Assembly: GCA_963841435.1 (NCBI GenBank)
Contig: CAWJCS010000003.1
Location: forward strand, 992,001 to 1,056,000
Reading direction: 5' to 3'
DNA from: an uncultured delta proteobacterium
GTDB taxonomy: Bacteria > Myxococcota_A > Polyangia > Polyangiales > Polyangiaceae
Length of the DNA stretch: 64,000 bases
In this document: in pieces, positions 31,759-41,463 of the stretch
Position numbering within the stretch: the stretch's first letter is position 1
Layout: every line of letters starts with the position of its first letter
Position numbers and translations under genes: made by a program
The notes under the pieces: model-generated
The model's input: only the letters and a program-made list of their open reading frames with translations
What the model was told of the DNA's origin: nothing
Databases searched by the model: none

Positions 31759-32946
31759 ATGCTGCCCCCCGGCTTCGCCCCGAGCGACGTTCACCGCGAG
31801 CGCTTCCAGGTCGAGCTCGACTACCCGGTCGTCTTCTTGCGCGCTGCGCTCAGGCCGTCGGCGTCCGAGCTCGCCTGGGCGGTGGCGCGCGACGCGCCGG
31901 CGCGGCGGCATCCGGTGTTCGCCGTGCTCGACGCCGGCCTCGTCTCGGCCCAGCCCGCCTTGCCCGGCGCGCTCGCCGCCTACGTCGCGGAGCACGCCGA
32001 GACGCTCGAGCTTCGCGGCGAGCCGTTCGTGATGCCCGGCGGCGAGGCCGCGAAGAACGACCCGTCGCTCTTCGACGCGCTGAAGCGCGCGCTCGCCGAC
32101 GCGCGGCTCGACCGCCACGCCACGGTCGTCGTCATCGGGGGCGGCGCCGTGCTCGACGCGGCTGGTTTCGCTGCTTCGATCACCCATCGCGGCCTTCGCT
32201 GCCTACGCCTGCCGAGCACGGTGCTCGCCCAGTGCGACGGCGGCGTGGGCGTGAAGACGGGCGTCAACGCTTTCGGCGCGAAGAATCTGTTCGGCACCTT
32301 TGCGCCGCCGTGGGCCGTGCTCGACGATTTCGACCTGCTCGCGACGCTGCCCCTGCGTGACGCGCGCGCCGGCATGGCCGAAGCCGTGAAAGTGGCGCTG
32401 ATCCGCGATGCTGCGTTGTTCGCGTGGCTCGAGACGCACGCCGACGCGCTGTCGCGCGGCGAGCCGGACCCCGTCGAGGCGCTCGTGCGGCGCACGGCCG
32501 TTTTGCACCTCGAGCACATCGCGCGTGGGGGCGATCCGTTCGAGTCGGGCAGCGCGCGGCCGCTCGACTACGGGCACTGGGCTGCCCACCGGCTCGAGAT
32601 CCTGAGCGGTCACGAGCTCAGGCACGGCGAGGCCGTTGCGATTGGTATGCTGCTCGACGCCCGCTACGCCGAGCGAAAGGGCCTGCTCGCCGGCGCCGAC
32701 CTCGAGCGGCTCGCCCGCTTGCTCGAACGCCTAGGGCTGCCGCTCGGTCACGCGGCGCTCGGGGCGCGCACAGGGAGAAAGCTCGACCTTTTGCGCGGCC
32801 TCGAGGATTTTCGCGAGCACCTCGGCGGCGAGCTCAGCGTGACGCTGCTCACGGCCATCGGTCGCTCCGAGGAGGTCCACGCCATGGACCCCGCGCTCGT
32901 CGAGGAGGCGATCGCCTGGCTCGGGGAGCGAGCGGGGTCGCCGTGA
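31759..32946 (+). CDS. eboD: 3-dehydroquinate-synthase-like sugar-phosphate cyclase (EboD)
   Basis: PGGEAAKND, IGGGAVLD, DGGVGVKTGVN, AEAVKVALIRD, ARPLDYGHWAAH, RHGEAVAIG, FREHLGG. Confidence 0.88.
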   Translation: MLPPGFAPSDVHRERFQVELDYPVVFLRAALRPSASELAWAVARDAPARRHPVFAVLDAGLVSAQPALPGALAAYVAEHAETLELRGEPFVMPGGEAAKNDPSLFDALKRALADARLDRHATVVVIGGGAVLDAAGFAASITHRGLRCLRLPSTVLAQCDGGVGVKTGVNAFGAKNLFGTFAPPWAVLDDFDLLATLPLRDARAGMAEAVKVALIRDAALFAWLETHADALSRGEPDPVEALVRRTAVLHLEHIARGGDPFESGSARPLDYGHWAAHRLEILSGHELRHGEAVAIGMLLDARYAERKGLLAGADLERLARLLERLGLPLGHAALGARTGRKLDLLRGLEDFREHLGGELSVTLLTAIGRSEEVHAMDPALVEEAIAWLGERAGSP

Positions 32947-34148
32947 GGCTCGAGAGCGCCGAGGAGCGCCACCTCACCTATTGCACCAACATCCACCCGG
33001 GCGAAACCTGGGCGGACGTCGCGCGGGTGCTCGAGAGATTCGTGCCCGACGTGAAGCGGCGCGTCGCGCCCACGGCTCCGTTCGGCGTGGGGCTGCGCCT
33101 CTCGGGTCGCGCGGCCGCCGAGCTCGAAGCCCCCGCAACGCTCGAACGTGCCCGCGACGCGCTCGACGCGAGCGGTCTCTACGTCTTTTCGCTCAACGGC
33201 TTCCCGTTCGGCGCCTTTCACGGCACACGCGTCAAAGAGCGCGTGTACCAGCCCGACTGGCTCTCGGAGGCGCGCCTCCTCTACACGGCGTCGCTCGCCC
33301 GCGTCCTCGCCGCGCTCCTTCCGGAGGGCATGCTCGGCAGCATCAGCACCGTGCCGGGCTGCTTTGCCCCCGATGGCATCGGTGCGACGGAGCGCGCGCG
33401 CATCGCGCGAAATCTCGCGGAGAGCGCCGCTTCGCTCGTCGCCCTCGAGCGCGACACGGGAAAGCGCATCGTGCTCGCGCTCGAGCCGGAGCCCGCCTGC
33501 CTACTCGAGAGAAGCGACCAGGCGCTCGCGCTGTTCGAGGGCGAGCTCGCGAGCGCCGGCGTGCTCGACCACTTTGCAAAGCTCGCCGGCCTCGCGCGAA
33601 AGGAAGCCGAAGCAACGCTGCGCCGGCACCTCGGCGTGTGCCTCGACACCTGCCATGCGTCGGTGGAGTTCGAGGCACCGCGCGCCGTGCTCGCGAAGCT
33701 CACGGCCGCGGGCATCGAGGTGCCGAAGATCCAGCTGAGCGCGGGGCTCCGGCTCTCGCGACCGGATGCCGAGGCACGGCGCGCGCTCGCCGCGTTCGAC
33801 GACGAGGTGTACCTGCACCAGACCGTGGTAAAAAAGGCCGAGGACGGCACGCTCGTCCGCTTCGTCGATCTCGACCGCGCCCTGTCCGAGGCTCCCGCGC
33901 TCGGCGAGAACGCCGAGTGGCGCGTGCACTACCACGTGCCGATCTTCGAGCGCGAGCTGCCGCCCTTCACGAGCACGCGCGACGATCTCGCCGATTTGCT
34001 CGCAAATGCCCCGTCGCTCGCGCCGCACCTCGAGGTCGAGACCTACACGTTCGGCATCTTGCCGGCGCGCTACCGCACGCTCGACGTGACCGAGGCCATC
34101 GCGCGCGAGCTCGACTGGGCGCTCGCCGCGCTGGGCGCGCGTCGATGA
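32943..34148 (+). CDS. eboE: Metabolite traffic protein EboE (TIM barrel)
   Basis: HLTYCTNIHPGETW, GLRLS, NGFPFGAFH..VKERVYQPDW, LEPEP, YLHQ, WRVHYHVP, HLEVETYT. GTGA coupling to eboD. Confidence 0.92.
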   Translation: MRLESAEERHLTYCTNIHPGETWADVARVLERFVPDVKRRVAPTAPFGVGLRLSGRAAAELEAPATLERARDALDASGLYVFSLNGFPFGAFHGTRVKERVYQPDWLSEARLLYTASLARVLAALLPEGMLGSISTVPGCFAPDGIGATERARIARNLAESAASLVALERDTGKRIVLALEPEPACLLERSDQALALFEGELASAGVLDHFAKLAGLARKEAEATLRRHLGVCLDTCHASVEFEAPRAVLAKLTAAGIEVPKIQLSAGLRLSRPDAEARRALAAFDDEVYLHQTVVKKAEDGTLVRFVDLDRALSEAPALGENAEWRVHYHVPIFERELPPFTSTRDDLADLLANAPSLAPHLEVETYTFGILPARYRTLDVTEAIARELDWALAALGARR

Positions 34149-35011
34149 CGGGCAAGACGTTGCTCCAGCTCGGCCGGGTGTCGAACCTGCCGACGGTCGT
34201 CTCGAACGTGCTCTGTGGCGCCGCGCTCGCTGGAGCCCCGCTGCGCGTCGGCGCGTTGCTCGCGGCCGTGGTCGCCGGCTGCCTGTTTTACGTCGGCGGC
34301 ATGGTGCTAAACGACGCCTTCGACGCCGACATCGACGCACGCGAGCGACCCGAACGACCCATCCCGTCGGGTCGCGCCACGCGGAGCGCGGTGTTCCGCC
34401 TGGGTTTTGGCTTGCTCTTCGCGGCGCTCGCATTGCTCGCCGCGGTTGCCGCAACGGGGCTCTCGCCCGCGGGAGCGGAGCTGCTCGGTGCCGGCGCGTT
34501 CACGGCGCTCGCCATCGTCGTGTACGACCGTCATCACAAGGGCGTCGCGTGGTCGCCGCTCGTCATGGGGCTCTGCCGCGCCGGGCTCTACTTCGTCGGC
34601 GCCTTGAGCGTGACGGCGGAACCGGAGCCCAGGCTCTTCGTCGGCGCGCTGTTGCTCACTCTATACGTCTTCGGGCTCACGCACGTGGCGCGCTTCGAGA
34701 ACGCTTCGCGCGTGGGCCGACTCTGGCCGGCGCTGCTCGTGCTCCTGCCGCTGCCGTGGGCGCTCGTGCAGGGGCCGCGCGAGGGCCTCGCGCTCGCGGG
34801 CGCCCTATTCGCGGGCTGGGCGCTGTACAGCCTGTCGCTCGCCGCGCGGGGCGGCAGGAACATCGGTCGCGCCGTCGTCTCGCTCATCGCCGGCATCTCG
34901 CTGCTCGATGTCGTGCTCGCCGGCTCGACGGGCGCCTGGGGTATCGCCGCCCTGGCGATCGCCGCGTGGACCGTCACGCTCGCCGGGCAGCGCTGGGTGT
35001 TGGGGACATAG
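34145..35011 (+). CDS. eboC: UbiA-family prenyltransferase (EboC)
   Basis: LGRVSNLPTV, GMVLNDAFDADIDARERPERPIPSG, MGLCR. ATGA coupling to eboE. Confidence 0.9.
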   Translation: MTGKTLLQLGRVSNLPTVVSNVLCGAALAGAPLRVGALLAAVVAGCLFYVGGMVLNDAFDADIDARERPERPIPSGRATRSAVFRLGFGLLFAALALLAAVAATGLSPAGAELLGAGAFTALAIVVYDRHHKGVAWSPLVMGLCRAGLYFVGALSVTAEPEPRLFVGALLLTLYVFGLTHVARFENASRVGRLWPALLVLLPLPWALVQGPREGLALAGALFAGWALYSLSLAARGGRNIGRAVVSLIAGISLLDVVLAGSTGAWGIAALAIAAWTVTLAGQRWVLGT

Positions 35012-35119
35012 GCAACACTTTTGTTCGCCACCCGAAAATTGTCGGCGCCGAGGCTGAATTCGCGCAGGCGACCGCGAAGACTGCCGGGTCCGCCTGCCCC
35101 GCGGGTACGTTGCTGAGAG

Positions 35120-36376
35120 ATGAAGACCAAGACCGGCTCTCCGGGTCGACCCACGACGGGAGCCGCGAGGTCCCTCCGGCGGAGCGCAGCCATGCTCGGC
35201 CTGGGGGCGGCGCTCCTCGCGTCCGCCTGCGCCGACAACCCGTCGGGCGCTGCCAAGGCCGGCGCCGGCACGTCCGGCTCCGCAGGCACGGGCGGCGGCT
35301 CGGCAACGGGCGGCGTCGGCGGGACCGCCGGCACGGCACCCGGAGGAAACGCCGGGGGCGGCGCCATGGGTGGGACGGGCGGCTCCGCGGGCAGCGGCGG
35401 CGCTAGCGGCGCGGCGACGGGCGGCGCTAGCGGCTCGGGTGGCTCGAGCGGCTCGAGCGCGGCGGCCGGCTCGGGTGGCTCGGGTGGCTCGGACGCCGCA
35501 GGCGCCGGCAGCGCGAACGGAGGAAGCTCCGGCAGCAGCGACGCCGGCACGACGTCGAGCGGCGGCGACGCGGGCTCGAGCGTGTCGGGCGCGGGCGGCA
35601 GCGCCGGTGGCGGCGGCAGCTCGGGCGCAGCCGGCGCTACGCCGAGCGATGGTTGCGGCATGACGGCGCCCGAGAGCAAGCGTTACACGATCGACGTGAG
35701 CGGCACGTCGCGCGAGTACATCTTGAAGCTGCCGGCCGGTTACGATCCAACCCGCCCCTACCCCATCATCTTCGGCTGGCACGGGCGCATGTACTCGGCC
35801 GACTGGGTCGCAAACGGCGACCCGCCGCAGACCGGACCCTGGTTCGGCATCGAAGAGGAAGCGAACGGCAACGCCATCTTGGTCGCACCACAAGCGCTCG
35901 ACACCGGCTGGTCCAATCAGAACGGGCGAGACATCGCGTTCTTGGACACGATGCTCGCGGGGTTCGAGGGCGAGCTCTGCATCGACGAGAGCCGTGTATT
36001 TTCTGCCGGATTCAGCTTCGGCGCCATGATGACGATCGCGCTCGGCTGCGCCGAGGCGGACGTGTTCCGCGCCGTGGCCGCGATGTCGGGGTCACTGCAG
36101 GTCGGCTGCGCGGCGGGGACGCATCCCATCGCGTACTGGGGCTCGCACGGCGACATGGATCCGACGGTTCCCATCGCGAGCGGCGAGGCGGCGCGCGACG
36201 AGTTCATCGCGCGCAACCACTGCACGATGCAAACCATGCCGACGACGCCGACGGGCTGCGTCGCGTACCAGGGTTGCGACCAGGGCTACCCCGTCAACTG
36301 GTGCGTGTTCAGCGGCGTGCACGAGCCGCCCACGTTCTCGGGCCCCGGCATCTGGGCGTTCTTCTCGCAATTCTGA
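35120..36376 (+). CDS. Lipoprotein esterase (PHB-depolymerase/feruloyl-esterase-like alpha/beta hydrolase) with a long Gly/Ser linker
   Basis: LASAC lipobox; REYILKLP, FGWHG, GFSFG nucleophile motif, HGDMD, H near the C-terminus. Confidence 0.82.
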   Translation: MKTKTGSPGRPTTGAARSLRRSAAMLGLGAALLASACADNPSGAAKAGAGTSGSAGTGGGSATGGVGGTAGTAPGGNAGGGAMGGTGGSAGSGGASGAATGGASGSGGSSGSSAAAGSGGSGGSDAAGAGSANGGSSGSSDAGTTSSGGDAGSSVSGAGGSAGGGGSSGAAGATPSDGCGMTAPESKRYTIDVSGTSREYILKLPAGYDPTRPYPIIFGWHGRMYSADWVANGDPPQTGPWFGIEEEANGNAILVAPQALDTGWSNQNGRDIAFLDTMLAGFEGELCIDESRVFSAGFSFGAMMTIALGCAEADVFRAVAAMSGSLQVGCAAGTHPIAYWGSHGDMDPTVPIASGEAARDEFIARNHCTMQTMPTTPTGCVAYQGCDQGYPVNWCVFSGVHEPPTFSGPGIWAFFSQF

Positions 36377-36416
36377 GCCGAGCGACCGCGACGTTACCGC
36401 GCTCGGACGGCGGGGC

Positions 36417-37790
36417 TCAGTCGAACAGATGGCGTAGCAAGAGCTTCTTCACGCTCGTCGCATCGACGGCGCCTTCGGGAAGCAGCCGCGGCTCGGACGA
36501 CATGAAGAGCGGGCCGTCCTCGGCGCGGTCCGTCACGCGACCGTGCGACCCGCGGACGAGCCGCGCGTCGAGCGGGATCACGTCGAGCAGCGTGCGAAAC
36601 CCCAGCTTTCGCGCCAAAAGCTTGCGCCCGACCGTGAGCATGGGCACGGCGAGCGCCGGATCGAGGAAGAGCTCCACCGGGTCGTAACCGGGCTTCAGGT
36701 GGATATCGACGGTGCGCGCGTAGTCGGGAGCGCGATCCTCGTCGAGGAAGAAGTAGTAGGAAAACCAGCGATCGGCCTCCGCAATGGCGACGAGCTCTCC
36801 CGAGCGTTCGTGATTGAGGCCGAGCGCGCGTTGCTCCTCGCGGTCGAGGACGCGCTCGATGCCGTCGAGCCTCTCGACGAGGCGCCGCACCTCGTTCACG
36901 CGCGACGGGTCCTTCACGTACACGTGGGCAATCTGGTGGTCGGCGACGGCGAACGCATCGCTCGCGCCTGCGTCGAGCTGCTCGCGCCCGAGCTCTTCGC
37001 GCACGCGAAGCAGCTCGGCCTCGCGCAGCGCGCGGTTGAGGTGAACGGCGTCGTCAACGGCGGTCATGCCGTACTCCGAGAGAACGACGACGCGCAGCGA
37101 GCGCCGGCGTGCTAGCTCGAACAGCTCGCCACAGAGCGCGTCAACCTCGCCGAGCGCCTTATGAATGCGCGGATCGCCTGGGCCGAAGCGCTGCAGGTCA
37201 TAGTCGAGGTGCGGCAGGTACGTGAGCGTGAGCGTCGGCGCGTGCTCCTCGATGACGCGCGCCGTCGCCCGTGCAATCCAGCGCGACGACGCGATCCCAG
37301 CGCGCGGCCCCCAGAATTCGAACAGCGGGAAGCGACCGAGCTCCTCCGACAGCTTCTTCCCGAGCTCGGGCGGCTCGCCGTACACGTCGGGGATCTTGCG
37401 GCCATCGGCCGTGTACATCGGCCGCGGCGTCAACGAGAGGTCCGCCGTCGAGTACATGTTGTACCACCAGAAGAGCTTGGCGACGGTGAAGCTCGGGTCG
37501 CGACGTCGCGCGGCGTCCCAGATCTTTTCGCCGTGCACGAGGTGGTTCGACTGCCGCCAGAGCCACACCTGACCGAGATCACGAAAGTACCAGCCGTTGC
37601 CGACGATGCCGTGCTCGCGCGGCATGAGCCCCGTCACGAAGGTCGACTGCACCGAGCAGGTCACGGCCGGCGTGATCGTCGAGAGCGGCCGCCACGCGTT
37701 CTGATCGCGAAAGCGCAGAAGCTCGGGTGTGTGCGGACCGACGAGGCTCGGCGTCAGGCCGACCACGTCGAGGACGAGCGTGGGCGTCAT
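36417..37790 (-). CDS. eboF: Alkaline phosphatase / nucleotide pyrophosphatase family protein (EboF)
   Basis: LDVVGLT, PAVTCSVQST, HGIVGNGWY, YLPHLDY, SEYG, AVADHQ, APDYARTVDIH.KPGYDP, GSHG. Confidence 0.9.
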   Translation of the reverse strand: MTPTLVLDVVGLTPSLVGPHTPELLRFRDQNAWRPLSTITPAVTCSVQSTFVTGLMPREHGIVGNGWYFRDLGQVWLWRQSNHLVHGEKIWDAARRRDPSFTVAKLFWWYNMYSTADLSLTPRPMYTADGRKIPDVYGEPPELGKKLSEELGRFPLFEFWGPRAGIASSRWIARATARVIEEHAPTLTLTYLPHLDYDLQRFGPGDPRIHKALGEVDALCGELFELARRRSLRVVVLSEYGMTAVDDAVHLNRALREAELLRVREELGREQLDAGASDAFAVADHQIAHVYVKDPSRVNEVRRLVERLDGIERVLDREEQRALGLNHERSGELVAIAEADRWFSYYFFLDEDRAPDYARTVDIHLKPGYDPVELFLDPALAVPMLTVGRKLLARKLGFRTLLDVIPLDARLVRGSHGRVTDRAEDGPLFMSSEPRLLPEGAVDATSVKKLLLRHLFD

Positions 37791-38012
37791 CGTCACGGCC
37801 CGGCCACCTTAGCCGAGCGGCGCCGGGCGCGGGGGAGCGCGCGGCCCCGGCACCCGCGCGCGGCTCGGAGCCTCGGCGGCGAGGCACCTCCGTGGCGGTC
37901 CCGGAGAGCCGATGGGGCGCCCGCGGCCTGGCAGGGTCCGAGGGCCATGCTACTCTGTGGGACCGGTTCCAGATCCCGGCGTGCGCCGCGTTTTCGCCGA
38001 AAGGATTCGCCC

Positions 38013-38918
38013 ATGAGGTTCGGTCTCCTCGCCATTCCCACGTTGCTCGTCGCCTCGCTGTCCGTCTTGCCCGCGTGCGGTTCGGGCGGCGACGCGCAAC
38101 AGACTTACCCCGGCCAGGCCGGCACGGGCGGCTCCGGCGGCTCCGGCACGGGCGGCAGCGGCGGCAGCGGCGGCACGAGCGGCACGAGCCCCGACTCGGA
38201 GCTCGGCACGGGCACGATGTCCGGCTCCGGCTCTTCTGCCGAGCGCTACCACACCGCGCAAGTCTCGCGCGACGGCGTGCCTTACCTCTTCATCACCAAT
38301 GGCTGGGGCCCCGGCTTCGTGAGCCACAACATCTCGTGGGAAGGAACGTCGTTCGTCGTCGAAAGCATGACGGGCGACCCGGGAACGGCCGGGCAGCCCG
38401 CCTCCTACCCCAGCCTTTTCTGCGGCAAGTACTCCATCATGGAGGTGCCGAATTGCGGCCTCCCAGCGGCGATCGATGCGCTCTCCTCGCTCCGTACCGG
38501 CTGGCGCTGGGCGGCGAACGGCAACATGGGCATCTACAACGCCGCCTACGACATCTGGCTCGGCGACGGCACGAAGCTCCAGGGGTATCTGATGGTGTGG
38601 CTCCGCGATCCGCCGGGCGCGCAGCCTGCGGGCACCTACAACGGCCAATACTCGAGCATCGCGGTCGCGAACGTGCCGGGCGTCTGGAACGTCTGGAACG
38701 GCACGGTCAACGGCCTGCCCATCGTGAACTACGTGCGCGCCGAAAACAGCGACAGCTCGGAGATCGAGTTCGACGTGATGGATGTGCTCCGCGACGCCGA
38801 GGCGCGCGGGCTCAGCGTGCCGGGCACGCACGTCAACGCCGTGGCGGTGGGCTTCGAGATCTGGAAAGGTCCCGTCACCGATCTGACAACCGAAGATTTC
38901 TACGTGAAGGTCGAGTAG
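38013..38918 (+). CDS. Glycoside hydrolase family 12-like lipoprotein
   Basis: LPAC lipobox and Gly linker, TNGWG, ASYPS, YNAAYDIW, YLMVWL, GFEIW. Confidence 0.8.
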   Translation: MRFGLLAIPTLLVASLSVLPACGSGGDAQQTYPGQAGTGGSGGSGTGGSGGSGGTSGTSPDSELGTGTMSGSGSSAERYHTAQVSRDGVPYLFITNGWGPGFVSHNISWEGTSFVVESMTGDPGTAGQPASYPSLFCGKYSIMEVPNCGLPAAIDALSSLRTGWRWAANGNMGIYNAAYDIWLGDGTKLQGYLMVWLRDPPGAQPAGTYNGQYSSIAVANVPGVWNVWNGTVNGLPIVNYVRAENSDSSEIEFDVMDVLRDAEARGLSVPGTHVNAVAVGFEIWKGPVTDLTTEDFYVKVE

Positions 38919-38921
38919 GGG

Positions 38922-39806
38922 TCAGCGATCCTTGCGCGGCGTCTGGCCGCGCAGCACGGAGTTGCCCTCGAACAGCTCACTCTGGTCAACGGCGGCGTCC
39001 GCTTCGAGCTCTGCGGGCTCGAAGCGTCCGCTCTGGGCGAAGAAGGCGATTGGGTTCTTCCAGCACACGGTCTCGATCGTCGCCTCGGGGATGCCCGCCT
39101 CGCGGAAAGCCTGCGCGGTCTTCGGCACCTTGAGTGGATCGCTCACGCCCCAGTCGGCGGCGGAATTGACGAGTATCCGCTCGGCCCCATAGCGCTTCAC
39201 GAGCGCCACCATGCGCGGCTCGTCCATCTTGGTTTTGGGGTAGATGGAGTGGCCCGCCCAGCACCCCGAGTCGAGCACGGAGGGAAGCGTTTCCTCGTTG
39301 TTGTGATCGACGAGCGTGCGCTCGGGCGAAAACCCCGACTCGCGCACGAGCGCGAGAGTGCGCTCGGTGCCTTGCTTCTTGTCGCGATGCGGCGTGTGGA
39401 TGAGGATCGGCAGTTCGGCCTGCTTGGCGAGCTCGATCTGGCGGGCGAAACAGCGTTCCTCGGCCGGCGTCACGTCGTCGAAGCCGATTTCCCCGACGGC
39501 CACGACGCCTTCCTTCTCGAGGTAGAGCGGTATCAGCGCGAGCACGCCGGCCGCGACGCGCTCCGTGTTCGCCTCCTTCGGGTTCAGGCCGATGGTCGCG
39601 AAGTGTCGGATCCCGAATTGGCTCGCGCGAAAGCGCTCCCAGCCGAGCAGCGACAGGAAATAGTCCTCGAACGTGCCGACGTGGGTGCGCGGCTGTCCGA
39701 CCCAGAACGCGGGCTCGACGATGGCGCGAATGCCCGCATCGGCCATGGCCTGGTAGTCGTCGGTGGTCCGACTCGTCATGTGGATGTGCGGATCGAAAAG
39801 CTTCAT
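38922..39806 (-). CDS. eboB: TatD-family hydrolase (EboB)
   Basis: FDPHIHMTSRTTDDY, GLNPKEAN, GEIG, HTPHRDKK, DHNNE, NSAADWG.SDPL. Confidence 0.92.
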   Translation of the reverse strand: MKLFDPHIHMTSRTTDDYQAMADAGIRAIVEPAFWVGQPRTHVGTFEDYFLSLLGWERFRASQFGIRHFATIGLNPKEANTERVAAGVLALIPLYLEKEGVVAVGEIGFDDVTPAEERCFARQIELAKQAELPILIHTPHRDKKQGTERTLALVRESGFSPERTLVDHNNEETLPSVLDSGCWAGHSIYPKTKMDEPRMVALVKRYGAERILVNSAADWGVSDPLKVPKTAQAFREAGIPEATIETVCWKNPIAFFAQSGRFEPAELEADAAVDQSELFEGNSVLRGQTPRKDR

Positions 39807-40462
39807 GGCATCCGTCCTTCCAGAATGTGGCCCACGTCCTCGGGCACGGGCCGCCCGGCGGCGCGCCGTTCGCTCGCGTAGTCCTCGAGCATCCGCAAAA
39901 GCTCCGCGCCCCGACGTGCCCCGAGACCCTCGATGCCGGCCACGGGCACGCCCATGAAGATCGCCTTCATCACGAGCTGATTGAAGCCTCGCTCGGGAAA
40001 GTGAGCGGCCGGATAGGCGTTATGGCAGGCGATGGCCTCGAACACCCGACCGGCGTTCGCGCGGGCACCGAGCAAGCCCGTCTCGACGAAGCGCGCCGGG
40101 CCGGGCAAAAGCCCGAGGATCCTCAGCAAGCTCTCCTGCTCGCCAATCTCCCCGCTCTCGAACAGCGCGAGCACCTCGCGCGGCTGCGCGTCGGGCGCGA
40201 CCCGGGCGAGAGAGGTGAGCAGCAACGCGGCACGGGCCAAGTCGAGCCCGGTTTGGCCCCCCCCTGGCGGGAGGGGGAAAAGGTCGGGCCGGGGGGACGG
40301 GCGCTCGCGGGCGCCCGGGCCGAGCTTGCGAGCCGCCGCCGCGAAGGCGGTGCGGAAGCCGACGCTCGACGGCGCCTCCGGCCCGTCGAGCACGCGGCCG
40401 AGCCAGGCGCGCGCCGAACCCGAAAGAGCGATGGCTTCGAGCAAGCGCTCAGGTTCCGCCAT
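39803..40462 (-). CDS. eboA: EboA-domain protein
   Basis: DLARAALL, GEIGEQ, FEAIACHNAYPAAHF, FNQLVMKAIF, DYASERRAAGRPVP. ATGA coupling to eboB. Confidence 0.88.
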   Translation of the reverse strand: MAEPERLLEAIALSGSARAWLGRVLDGPEAPSSVGFRTAFAAAARKLGPGARERPSPRPDLFPLPPGGGQTGLDLARAALLLTSLARVAPDAQPREVLALFESGEIGEQESLLRILGLLPGPARFVETGLLGARANAGRVFEAIACHNAYPAAHFPERGFNQLVMKAIFMGVPVAGIEGLGARRGAELLRMLEDYASERRAAGRPVPEDVGHILEGRMP

Positions 40463-40482
40463 GACAGACGAGGCGTACTAGC

Positions 40483-41463
40483 ATGGCGGGGTTGCCCTCG
40501 CTCGCCGAGTTCCCGCCGTCGTTCCTGCTCGCCGTCGCGGTCGCTCTCGGGCTCGTGCTCGGTAGCTTCCTGAACGTCGTCATCCATCGCTTGCCGCGTG
40601 GCGAGAGCATTGCCTTCCCAGGGTCTCATTGCCCGGGCTGCGGCAAGCCCATCGCACCGCGCGACAACGTCCCCGTCCTAAGCTACCTGGTCTTGCGCGG
40701 GCGCGCTCGTTGTTGTGGCACGCGCATCTCACCGCGCTACCCGCTCGTGGAGGCGATCGGCGGTCTGCTCGCCTGGGCCATCATGAGCACGATCGTGCTC
40801 GACTTGCCGCTCGACACGTCGCTCGGTCGGGCCGCGGGGCTCTTCGCCGTCAATCTGGCGCTCGGGCTCGGCCTCGTCGCGGCGGCGTTCATCGATCTCG
40901 ATCACATGCTCTTGCCCGACGAGATCACGCTCGGCGGGCTCGTGCTCGGCATCGCGAGCGTCCCCTTGCGCCCGGGGGCAACGTTTCTCGAGTCGCTCAT
41001 CGGCGCGGCCGTGGGCTTCTTCATCGTGTGGCTGCCGTTCGGCCTCTTGTACAGGCTCGTCAGGGGCCGACACGGCATGGGTCTCGGTGACGCGAAGCTC
41101 GTCGCGCTCGCGGGGGCGTGGTTCGGGTGGCCCGGCGCCGCGTTCGCGCTGCTCGCGGGCGCCGTGCAAGCCACCGCCACCCTGCTCGTGGTCTTTTCGC
41201 TCGGCAAGAAGCTCGACGAGCCAGCGTCCGTCGTCGAGGAGCGCCGGGCGCTCCGCGCCGCCATCGAAGCCGCCGAAGGCCCGGAACGCGACGCCCTCGA
41301 GCGCGAGCTCGCCGAGGATCCGCTGGGCACCGAGCCCGACCCGGGGATCGGCGCGATGCGGCTGCCGTTCGGGCCGTTCATCGTGCTCGCCATCGTCGAA
41401 TACCTGCTCTTCGGCCCACTCATCCGCGCCGAGCTCTTCGGCGGTCTCGCCGACCTGCCGTGA
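40483..41463 (+). CDS. pilD: Prepilin peptidase / N-methyltransferase
   Basis: GSFLNVVIHRLP, SHCPGC, DNVPVLSY, RYPLVE, FIDLDH.LLPD, GMGLGDAK, LPFGPF. Confidence 0.95.
   Translation: MAGLPSLAEFPPSFLLAVAVALGLVLGSFLNVVIHRLPRGESIAFPGSHCPGCGKPIAPRDNVPVLSYLVLRGRARCCGTRISPRYPLVEAIGGLLAWAIMSTIVLDLPLDTSLGRAAGLFAVNLALGLGLVAAAFIDLDHMLLPDEITLGGLVLGIASVPLRPGATFLESLIGAAVGFFIVWLPFGLLYRLVRGRHGMGLGDAKLVALAGAWFGWPGAAFALLAGAVQATATLLVVFSLGKKLDEPASVVEERRALRAAIEAAEGPERDALERELAEDPLGTEPDPGIGAMRLPFGPFIVLAIVEYLLFGPLIRAELFGGLADLP

Noticed and set aside
31759..32946. Housekeeping aroB
   Set aside because: The sequence features (PLDYGHWAAH, FREHLGG) and coupling to eboE/eboC fit the EboD subfamily better, and no aroK is adjacent.
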